A stretch of 59,994 nt of DNA, counting the filler, from Sluysia triapertura (lineage: Eukaryota), in assembly GCA_046118255.1 (NCBI GenBank). It is 4 parts of 4 records of this genome, joined end to end, with 100 filler letters (N's around TTAATTAATTAA, not from the genome) between each part and the next. Parts side by side here need not be neighbours in the genome. Positions count along the whole stretch, not along the records: positions 1 to 19,754 come from JBJNIA010052112.1; positions 19,855 to 32,139 come from JBJNIA010123303.1; 2 more parts are not named here. The stretch is one strand, 5' to 3'. Position 1 is the stretch's first letter. Each line of letters opens with the position of its first letter. Positions 13,844 through 23,754 of the stretch are shown one piece after another. A model generated the notes under the pieces. The model did not search any database. It had not been told where the DNA came from and saw nothing but the letters and a program-made list of their open reading frames with translations. A program made the translations under genes and the position numbers.

Positions 13844-14421
13844 TTAAATTATGTCCAAATTTACTTTAAATTCGTCACGTTTTGATTGATGAGGTATTGG
13901 ATTATCTAAATTTATCACTTGAATTTTTTTCTTCATCAATTTCATACTTTTAATAAAACTACATGAAGTTATATAATTCCGTTTCATGAAATAATTCACG
14001 AAGTATGTCATATTGAAGTCTAAAGGATATAATATCGCATTGTTGTCATATGAAACACTTATGTTAGAAAGGAAATTCACTAATTCTTTTTTATCTTTCT
14101 CAATTTTCGATTTCAAATCACTGATATTTTGAGTTGTTTCAAACATTTGCCACTATTTTTATCACTTTTCAATAAAACCGCAATCAAACATGAGAACTAG
14201 GTCTATTTTCTACTAAAAATAATCCAAATCTGTTATTTGGGTTTTAAGTCGACACTGAGATATGATACAAATTTCAAATGTGCTTTTGCTTTTTCTATTA
14301 CTAATTGTTTAATTTCAGACGACTTTAGTGATGGATTTATTTTTAAATGAAATACCAATCTTTTACAATTACAATGAATTGACTTTTCATCTTTGCAATT
14401 CATTTTTAGTAATTTATTCAT
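13844..14421 (-). pseudogene. Fragmented ORF pair, unknown product
   Basis: Two short co-oriented ORFs (14233-14421, 13844-14146) immediately upstream of the SF3A3 fragment. No recognisable family. Confidence 0.25.
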
Positions 14422-14525
14422 TATTATTATTATAACAAATTTAATTTTCCAGTAACTACTAAAGTAATTGTCTCAAATAATTGAAAAGTGGTGCTATTTT
14501 TATTTATTATATTTGTAGCTATTTA

Positions 14526-14684
14526 TTAACACATTACTGACCGCTAAAAATTCTTAATCGACTGTTTGATTGATGGCAACACAAACAAATTTATTCTGTC
14601 CAAAAACGTACTACTACGTCAGCGGCTACTGAATTTCAAATAAAAAATGACGTGTTACTACGAAAACGGCCAGTAATGAGTTAA
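14526..14684. mobile_element. 159-bp piggyBac-type MITE bounded by TTAA
   Basis: TTAACACATTACTGACCG and CGGCCAGTAATGAGTTAA form a 16/18 inverted match with TTAA at both ends. TACTACG is repeated internally. Confidence 0.65.
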
Positions 14685-15129
14685 AAGTAGTTGTCAACCT
14701 GTCAAATCACTTGTGTAATAGAATCATATTGAATGCTGACAACATGATTCGTTGATCAATAATGGTTGTTACAATGGAAACCAATATGCTGAAAATTGTA
14801 TTAAATAACTGCATTCAACTAATTTGGCTATTATTGAATGACCGATAACTTCTATCCAGTTTTAGTGATTGTATACTAAGCGAGTGTTATTAGTCGACAG
14901 TGAACTAGGTGATGTGAATTAATTATAATTGTAATTGTCAGCTAATAATAGGTAAAATAATGAGAAATAACAGTTGTGTGTAACTATTTCTTGAAATTAA
15001 TATTCTTTTGTAGAATGGTGAAAATATGGAGAATGTTATGGAAAGGAAAAAATTTGTAGAAATGGATTAATAAATTTGGAAATGTTTAAATTCATTTTGA
15101 AATGATGTTAATGATTGAATGTTGAAGAA

Positions 15130-16130
15130 TTGTGAACTATAACTATAAGTATTAACACTAACAACGAAAACAATATCTGCGACATTTAATCCTCTACTAG
15201 TAAACTCATTAACAAACATAACACGTGAATCACCCGATTTGAAAAGGATAATGTTTTCTTATTGTTTTTGGCGGAGCATTCGTGGATTCGAGCATGCTGC
15301 CGAAATGACTTTAATATTCCTTTTATTTATAATGGGTTCATAATACCATATATCAGGATAATCTTTAACAAAGACTAAAACTGTAGATAGGTATGATTTA
15401 TTAGTATAATGCATTAATGTTTCACATAACATTCTAAAAGTATCTTGGTCTAAAGTATCATTTGGCATAGCCCAAGTAAAATGTTTCAACTGTGTTAGAA
15501 ACTTATTTTCTTATGCGGTATCAACAAATTGTAGATCATTTAACAAAAATCCGTACTTCTTTCCAACTTCATCATAACATGTTACTGAATAAATTTGTGT
15601 ATGTCTGAAAATCTTTATTTTTCTTATTGCTTTTATCGCATGTTTTTTGTGATGTAATTCGTAAAACTTTCTCAATGACTTCACCTAATTGATAACTGAT
15701 CATTTCATCTGCCCCGTCAATTACCAAATGTTGAATAGAATAAAAAATTTCTTTAATTTGATTAGTGTGATAAAGCATCATTAAAATTCGAATAGATGTT
15801 ACTATTAGGTGAACATGGGAAATCCTGAATTCCGTTAGTAGATCAGTCACATCTATTAAATGCATTGTCCTTAGATTTAATCCTTCACTAATTTCTATTA
15901 ATTCACCATGCTCTTGCATTGCTAATTCAAATGTGGAAATCAAAATCATTACATACATTAGTGGTTGATCGTTTTCTAACCATTGTTGAATAATTGGAAT
16001 ACGGTAGGAAACATTCTTGCCACTGCCGATTTCAGATAAACCAATATCATTGTTTCAGTAATAATGGTATAGGATGTTGTTGAAATTGAGCCGGCTTTAA
16101 CTATTTTAATTTAGAAATATTATCGAAGAG
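15130..16130 (-). pseudogene. Decayed DEAD-box RNA helicase, most like DDX47/Rrp3
   Basis: Degenerate motifs occur in the correct order: Q motif K*LKPAQFQQHPIPLLL; motif I DIGLSEIGSGKN; Ia LISTFELAMQ; II HLVIDGADEM; V FKSGDSRVMFVNEFTSRGLNVADIVFVVS. In-frame stops and frameshifts are present, motif VI is not recognisable and no introns are seen. Confidence 0.8.
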
Positions 16131-16257
16131 TTTTTTCCGAAGACAAAAAAGTCATTGTTTAGTCAAATAATATTATAAAAGTGATGTCTTTTCTTTTTTT
16201 AATCTATGTTTTTTACTCTAACTATTTTCCAAGTTATTTTTGCTCACTGTGACTGGC

Positions 16258-16269
16258 TACCCAATCAGA
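16258..16269. promoter_or_regulatory. CCAAT-box (NF-Y-like) TACCCAATCAGA upstream of the helicase copy
   Basis: The same 12-mer occurs as its reverse complement at 19287-19298 upstream of the PDZ gene. It matches the CCAATCAG consensus. Confidence 0.4.
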
Positions 16270-17591
16270 ACAAAAGATGAGAACAGTATTAGTAATTGCA
16301 ATTGGACAGCTAGTAAAATGTTGAGCTATCACAATGAGATAATGACGTTAATAAGATGAGAGAAAATGATTTTAAATGCATGCGACTGATGGCAAGTTAA
16401 ATAGTATGAAGTAAAAAAATGGTGAGGGTAGTAAGCAAAATTTTGCACTTAATAATAAATAATGTTGATTAATGATAATTATAATGAAAATTAGATGGTA
16501 ATGATTATAATGGAATAATAGTATAATGATAATGCAAAATGTGTAACATTGATAACTATAATAAAAATGACAATTAAAAATTTTCTTTTTATCACGAAAT
16601 TTTGATTTAATTTAATCTGCTTTCTTAACAAATTATTTATTTAATTAATATTAGTATTTTTAAAAGTTTAAGAAGCTAAATGTTGGGAGATTGTGAACTT
16701 GTGCTGTTTTAAATTGATGTTGTAAATTTTGAATGAAGGATTGATTATACATTAATGGTTTTGAATGTAATTGTGGTTTGAATGTTAACATATTATGTAT
16801 TAAGATGTTTTTAGCTATAAAATGATTTTGGTGAATCTGAACGAAATAAAATATAGCAACGGTTTTGATACCTTTTAAAAGTAATTTTATGCTTGTTTTG
16901 GATTGATTTGAAGGTGTCTATTTGTGATTTAGGATGTGATTGTGATGTTAGTGTTACGAGATAAAGGATAAATTTGTTTTAAGTAAATTTTTAAATGTAT
17001 TGGAAATTATAGAAAAATCTGTTAAGATAATATTTGAAGGAAGTGATCGATAGTAGAGTGTTTAGATAATGTTATTTTGATTGAGTGTTGAGGATTGTAA
17101 ACTTGAAATATTTTGATTGATAATTTTGGATGTAATTAAGTTTTGGGTGTTGACAGATTATTAATTTATATTTTTTGAGGTATCGAAAATGGTTTCAGTG
17201 GATATGAAAAAATAAAATATAAGAGAAAAAACTATTAATGGAAAATAGTTAGAATGTTATGGAATGGGATTTTATGTGAAGTATGTTGAATTAATTAAGT
17301 TTGCAATGTTTTGAATTAATTTTTAAGTATCTCCTCTTTGATGAATTTGATGTTATGTAATTTTATATTTGGAATGTTTGGAAATATTATGAATTATGAA
17401 ATGAGGATAAAGTTAGTTTGAGGAAAAAATAGTGAGGAATTGTTTTGTTATAGAGAATTATGAAGAGAGAATTGGACGGAGAATTATGATAGCGAATTTA
17501 GAGAATTTGAAGGTATTTCATAGAAATTTCATTTCATTTATTTGTTAATTAATTTATTGAATTCTAACACATTCAGTCATTTACGTGTAGT

Positions 17592-18011
17592 AGTTATTTA
17601 CTGTGTCGACACAGAGATTTCAAAAATCAATTTACCATCAAGATAATGAATTTGTAGAGAGACGAATATAAAGTTTGTGAAATCACCATCAGCGAGATGT
17701 TCTACGTTAATAAAGCCTCATCTCTAAAAATTAATCTTTGTTCTCGTCTCACAATTAATCTCGAATCAAAGATTGCTTTAGTTCAGTCATACATTAATCG
17801 GGAAATTATGCTGTTCATCGCTTATAAAGATAACAAATTCATCAGTGCTTCGAGCGAATTGCGCAGAGCTGATTTCGTTATTCAAGTTCTCGAGGGATCG
17901 GAGTTTAATCTCAAACAAACTAGGTCAAGCATGTCAGAAGATTGAATGCGGCTAAGGATACCTCGAAATGTTAGGTGATCACACTGAATCGTATATATAA
18001 AAACTTTGGAA
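17592..18011 (+). pseudogene. Inverted, intron-less partial copy of the adjacent PDZ gene
   Basis: About 95% identical by hand alignment to the reverse complement of 18346-18852. It lacks exactly 18417-18501 (junction ATGTCAGAAG|ATTGAATG at 17940/17941), has a 2-nt deletion near 17660 and lacks the PDZ-coding 5' part. Confidence 0.9.
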
Positions 18012-18411
18012 ACAGATAAAACATAACGGTATAAAACAATTAGTAAATTAATACAATTGCCATGTTTTATATAACACTTATATTTTAACATTTCATTCAT
18101 TATTATATAAAACTTTATAGCTAGTTTACCATTAAATGATGGCAATTTATTTATAGTCATTCTATGATCAAAACTTATCCCATTATGATGAAAACCTATA
18201 TATACCTGTTGATTAAATCTAATATTATTTTGATATCTCATATTAATAAAATATATTTTAATTTCAACGATAAATCTGTCTTTAATATAAAATTGACAAA
18301 GAAAAGAACAAAGAAAATTGACTATTTTCATAAAAATTATATTAATTCCAAAGTTTTTATATATACGATTCAGTGTGATCACCCAACATTTCGAGGTATC
18401 CGCAGCCGCAT

Positions 18412-19216
18412 TCAATCTAATAAAAACACAGTTATATGATAAGATACTTTTATAATTTATATAACAAGAAAATAGATATAAACTAAGAAGTATATATTTA
18501 CCTTCTGACATGCTTGACATAGTTTGTTTGAGATTAAACTCCGACCCCTCGAGAACTTGAATAACGAAATCAGCTCTGCGCAACTCGCTCGAAGCACTGG
18601 TGAATTTGTTATCTTTATAACCGATGAACAGCATAATTTCCCGATTAATGCATGACTGAACTAAAGCAATGTTTGACTCGAGATTAATTGTGAGGCGAGA
18701 ACAAAGATTAATTTTTAGAAATGAGACTTTATTAACGTCGAACATCTCGCTAATGGTGATTTCACAAACTTTATATTGATCTATCTCTACAAATTCATTA
18801 TCTTGATGGTAAATTGATTTTTGAAATCTCTGTGTCGACACAGTAAGTAACTTCACTTGTTCATTCATGAGATTATCTTTAGTTTCATCTGATTTGTTGG
18901 TCATTTCGATCTTTTTAAAACGTTTTATCATTAAATTAACTTCATCAACTAATAATAAATATTTTGCCACTCCGGTTAGAGTAATCAAACGAGTTCTGAT
19001 GCCATTTATTGATGTCAAAAATTCGCCTTTCTTTTCTAATTGAGCATTTGTTATTTCAGATATCATTATGTACGAAATCGATTGTAATCCACCTATTATT
19101 TTAAAACCATATTGCGAGCAACCCAATAAATCATGTTTTGGTTTAGATGTGTGGAGAGTAATACAAAAATCCTCTGAAATCATTTTGAAATTAAAAAGTG
19201 ATAGTTTATTTTTCAT
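18412..19216 (-). CDS. PDZ-domain protein, 239 aa (exon 1 19216-18502; intron 18501-18417; exon 2 18416-18412)
   Basis: FCITLH...YGFKIIGG..SISYIMISEI...LEKKGEFLTSINGIR...VAKYLL..DEVNLMIKR fits the PDZ pattern (G-F-x-I-x-GG; GD/E-x-I-xx-ING). The intron GTAAAT...TTTTATTAG is supported by its exact absence in the neighbouring copy. The spliced product ends MSED*. Confidence 0.7.
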
Positions 19217-19246
19217 TGTATGCCAACTCTAAAATTTTATTTGCTG

Positions 19247-19296
19247 CCCAATCAGAGTTTTCTAATTATAGTAAGTAATAATTAACTCTGATTGGG
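19247..19296. promoter_or_regulatory. Inverted pair of CCAAT boxes (13-bp perfect inverted repeat) upstream of the PDZ gene
   Basis: CCCAATCAGAGTT (19247-19259) and AACTCTGATTGGG (19284-19296), 30-80 nt 5' of the ATG at 19216. Confidence 0.5.
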
Positions 19297-19754
19297 TATA
19301 TCGATCATAGTAAAGCCAGCAGAATGTTGGTAAAAAGCAGCAAAACACCTGCCGTCATCAGTAATGTCATTGTAGTGACAGTTCTAATCAGTGTAAATAG
19401 TACTGATGACGGCGGTAACCAAATTAATGTAAATGATTGTTGTTAATTTGGTTAAATGATAATAATGAAAAATGGTAATAATAACAATACTAATAACAAT
19501 AATAGTATTGTTATTATTATTGTTGTTAATAAAAACGCATAAATGTCTTTAACTCTCACATGATCTTTTCTTTTTATCCTTTAAGCCTTCTAACATATTG
19601 ACCATGAAATAGAATGAGGAGAATCAGATGTACTGTGAAGGAGCAACAAAGATTAAGTGAAAGAAGTATCGTTTGTGGTTGTTGCTTCACAGTATGATAA
19701 TGAATCTCTTTAAAGTTATATAAATTTTATTTTGAAATTATATAATGATTAAAG

Positions 19755-19854
19755 NNNNNNNNNNNNNNNNNNNNNNNNNNNNNNNNNNNNNNNNNNNNTT
19801 AATTAATTAANNNNNNNNNNNNNNNNNNNNNNNNNNNNNNNNNNNNNNNNNNNN
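19755..19854. other. Artificial contig linker 44N-TTAATTAATTAA-44N
   Basis: Exactly 100 nt with stops in all six frames; the identical structure occurs three times. Confidence 0.97.
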
Positions 19855-20607
19855 AATTATCTTTAGTTTAATTTATTTCTAAGGTTCCCCGATATATTGA
19901 GGGGTAAAATCTACTCTAAACAAATAATTATTAATTATTAAAGACTTCTAAAAGTTTTAATAATAAATTTTACTTTTTTCTATCCTATTACTTTTATTTT
20001 GTATTATAACTTAAATAGTATAAAATTTTAATTCATTAATAAATAGTTTGTTAGCTGTTTGTGAATTTTCTAAACCCTCTAGTTGTAGGAGCATAAATTT
20101 AATTTATTGTATTTCGTTTAACTTATTTCGTTGCAGAGGTGCCTTCTTTACGATGTAAGACGCTTACTGCAACCGAACCCTGTTTGATTTTCTACTTTGC
20201 CGTAGGTTTCGACGTAAATTTTAATAAAAACCACAGCAGATATAAAATGTAAAATATGTTCAAGATTTATTATTTTAATGTTATATTTGTTTTATATTTT
20301 GTATATTTCTTATCGGGTTAATGACTTTTTTAATTTGATGCTTAAGTACTTTCTAGTCAATACAATTGTCAAATATTCGAGAAGTAATGTAGTCCTAAAT
20401 TTAAACTTAATTACTACTACTAATAAAAATGGCAGTAGTAGTAATGATGATAATAATGATGATAATTATAATGATAATGATAATGATTATATATGAAGTG
20501 ATGATTATGATGATGACGATGATGATATCAACAGATATAAGATGTGTGTTTAATATAAATACTTAAACATTAATCAAAATAGTCACAATAACAAATTTTA
20601 AAAATTT

Positions 20608-21712
20608 TTGAATTTTATGTTAGAATCCGAAAGAGTTAATGTTGATATAGCATTAAAGGATGATATTGATAAAACCTTAGATGATGTGTTAAAAGAATCG
20701 AAACGATGCAGATCAAGAAAAGGAAAATATGAAATTTTATCAGGAAGATACAGTGATGAAGTAGTAACGTATAGAGCTACTATTGCTCCAAGAGATGTTA
20801 TAATATTTTTCGAAAGAGATAAATTTTCATTAATTCAATAATTAATGAAAGAATTTATTCATGTTTTACAATCTTTATTAAAAATTTTGAATTGTGGTCA
20901 ACCATTAAAAGACGATTTTCGGTTTGACATTTATATATCATTTTATTCTTTATATTCTTTTGTCCAAGAATGTCTACAAACAGTCATGATATTTAAAATA
21001 TATGAGAAAATCGATTCATTCAGTTTGAATCAATGTTTATCAAAGATAAAATTTGTATTTCAAAGGCTTTAGAACAATTTGATAAGTTATATGAATTTCA
21101 TATAGAATATGGCACGAATTGTTTATTAGTTGTTCATTAGTTGCAATTGCACCGAGATTTTGAAGACGTAAACGATGTCGTATTGAATGACAACATATGT
21201 CATTTATTGGTTAATACCATATGTCAAGAACCTATATAATCGGATTTAATTGTAAATCCATGGTCATTATTAAGGTTAATGATTATCTTATCTTTAGTTT
21301 ATATAATTTTGAAATTGCTTTGAGCGATTTTAAAGACGTAAGCGATGTCGTATTAAATAACGACATATTTGAATTCTCACGAGATGTTATTTTTATTTGT
21401 CATCTATTAGATAATACCACACGTACTCATAAAAAGTTTAACGTTGAAGACCTTTGGGTACGAACATATATAACTAGATTTAATTGTAAATCAATGACTA
21501 AATTTAAAATTCATGATTTTGTTACATTTATTTTATATAATTTTAAAATGGTATCAACAAGCTTGAATATTATTCTGAAGAACAGTATTCCGGTACGATT
21601 TGGAGCCGCAAGCGGTCTAAGTTGTTTAAATGATATTATTAATTGTATATCGAGATTGATTAAGGTTTCAACTTCGTGGATATTAAATTTATGCTGTGTT
21701 ATTATATTTTGA
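20608..21712 (+). pseudogene. Interrupted coding-like region with an internal tandem duplication; unknown product
   Basis: Three successive co-oriented ORFs. Segment ~21145-21316 is a diverged, internally deleted copy of ~21317-21550 (DF(E/K)DV(N/S)DVVLN..., RTYI..FNCKSM...LYNF). Confidence 0.4.
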
Positions 21713-22504
21713 ATATTTTCTTTAATAACAAATCACTTAAGTGCCTTAAGCACCATTTGTATAATCGTAATTGTTTGGAATTTTATATAAATTTTTGTAA
21801 TAAACTAAAAGACAAAACTAATAATAATGTTTGTAATAACAATAATTCATTGATAATTAAACGTAAACATTATAGAACTAACGTCCATAAAAACATCCAC
21901 AATATTTATATTCTCCCGTTTACGGTGAGAATGAATAAACTTATATAAAAAAAACTCTTACTTTTAACATGGAACTGATATGGCTTTCTGAAATTTTCGC
22001 CAGAATTCTCATCATTTATATAGCGAAATTTTTAGTCGCCATATTGTTTCCTTCTGTTTATTATTTATTTTGAAATTGAAAATTTAAACAAAACTAAATT
22101 TTATAAAAGTAAATATTAAAAGTTTAATTTATGAAATATAAAAATAAATAATTTAATAAATAAAAAATTCTATTAAATGTAATAATTTACAAATGGAAAA
22201 TTATAATAAAAATAATAAATAATAACTCATCATTTAATAAATAATTTATTGTTTAGTGTTATTTACTTTAATATATCTCATAATATTTGTTTAGTATTAG
22301 TCTGATAGCCTGATTTAAATTTAATAGTCTGTCGACTAATGACTGCAATGAAATTCAACGTAAAAAATCAATGATAATGATAACAAAAAAATGGTTTTAG
22401 TAATAATAATAAAATGTAATGAATAACAAATAAAATAATAATTATAATTATAATAAAATAGAAATAATAACATAAAATAAAATGATAAAAATAATTACAA
22501 AAAA

Positions 22505-22940
22505 ACGCATAATCGGTGCTTTCATAATGTGATCTGCTGCTTTACGACTCTTATTTATAAATTTTAGGCACATAGGTCCTCTCGCATTTTTTTCCAAGAT
22601 AGTCCTGATTCATCAACATTGAAAACTTGACCAGGAGTACATGAATTGTTAGCAACTATTTCAGCAAATTTTGTTGGTTATTGCGTTGCATCTACATCTC
22701 CAGATGCCAGCTCACCTTTTAATTTTAAATTATGTACAAAGTGTCTTGATTTGGAACACTCTTCTAATTGAGTTTTCGTCTTTTTCTTATGGTTCTTATT
22801 GTCGCTTCATTCATGCTGCATAATCTAGCAACAACTATTACTCTTTCTCCATTTCGTAAACGATCAAAATTTTTATTTTGGTTGCTAAAGATGTAACTTT
22901 TCGGTTTTACTAATTCTTTATTTTTAATTTTTTTCGACAT
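22505..22940 (-). mobile_element. Tigger/pogo (CENP-B-like) transposase remnant
   Basis: DRLRNGERVIVVARLCSMNEATIRTIRK (HTH-psq) and LHNLKLKGELASGDVDATQ*PTKFAEIVANNSCTPGQVFNVDESGLSWKKM match the Tigger GE.ASAD...QVFN.DETGL.WK.MP signature. Internally deleted, with stops. Confidence 0.85.
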
Positions 22941-23448
22941 AATAAGCCTACAAATATTACGTAATTTAAAAATATGAAAAATTTAAATTCCCCAATATCG
23001 GTGATGACACGTAACCTTTAAATGTGTTTACACTCAAGCACAATTTAGCGTTTTACACTAGTTTTATAGGAAACACAACCTCACTTTTTTGCATACGAAT
23101 GATTACCGGTTTAACACGGCCTTATAACAAGAAGATGTTCACATTCAAATCTCGCATGACATATTCGATGCATGAACCATTTAACGGATTGAAATAAAAC
23201 TGCCACTTAGTGCTGGATGGGATTAAAATTTGAAAAGTTGCTTTCGACGAATGTGGGAGAGAATATTTTCTCATTATTATTAGGCAAATTAATTTTTTTA
23301 TTATTTACTTTCTAGTGAAATTTGTAGTAAATATATTGCTAACTTTAACAGCTTATTATTTGATGTTGGAAAGTTACGTATCTCGCCAGTTTAAATAGAT
23401 CATTGTAAGCTCCAAAAAAATTAAACTTAAAAATTAATTTTGTTGAAA

Positions 23449-23754
23449 ATGGAATAGTCGGAAATTCGCACTATTATGAAGTTTGGGTTCTTATGTGCAG
23501 ACATTAATAGTTTACTTGGTTCTACTATTCGCCAAATTTCATACAGGTAACTCTGACCTTATAAATGAACCACGTGATAGCCAAAAATCATTAACGAAAG
23601 GTCACCGTTGAGTTTGACCCATCACAGAGTGCCTATGAAGTTTCATGTTGGCAAACTAACAATATTAACTCATTTAGCTCAAATCGGTGAAGTGAAAAAG
23701 TTAGATAAGTTGATTCCATATGAACTGAATGAAAAACAGAAACAAAAGCGTTTG
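23449..23754 (+). mobile_element. Mariner transposase N-terminal remnant
   Basis: ME*SEIRTIMKFGF...KFHTGNSDLINEPR...VEFDPSQSAYE...FHVGKLTILTHLAQIGEVKKLDKLIPYELNEKQKQKRL. LIPYEL corresponds to the mariner WVPHEL motif. Deletions and frameshifts are present. Confidence 0.85.

Noticed and set aside
17882-19216. 444-aa ORF as a real protein
   Set aside because: It reads through the 85-nt intron, the spacer and the antisense of the left arm. The spliced 239-aa product is better supported.
19755-19854. Repeated TTAATTAATTAA flanked by N (also 32140-32239 and 46805-46904) as a biological motif
   Set aside because: The identical 100-nt six-frame-stop spacer is a concatenation artefact; neighbourhoods across it are meaningless.
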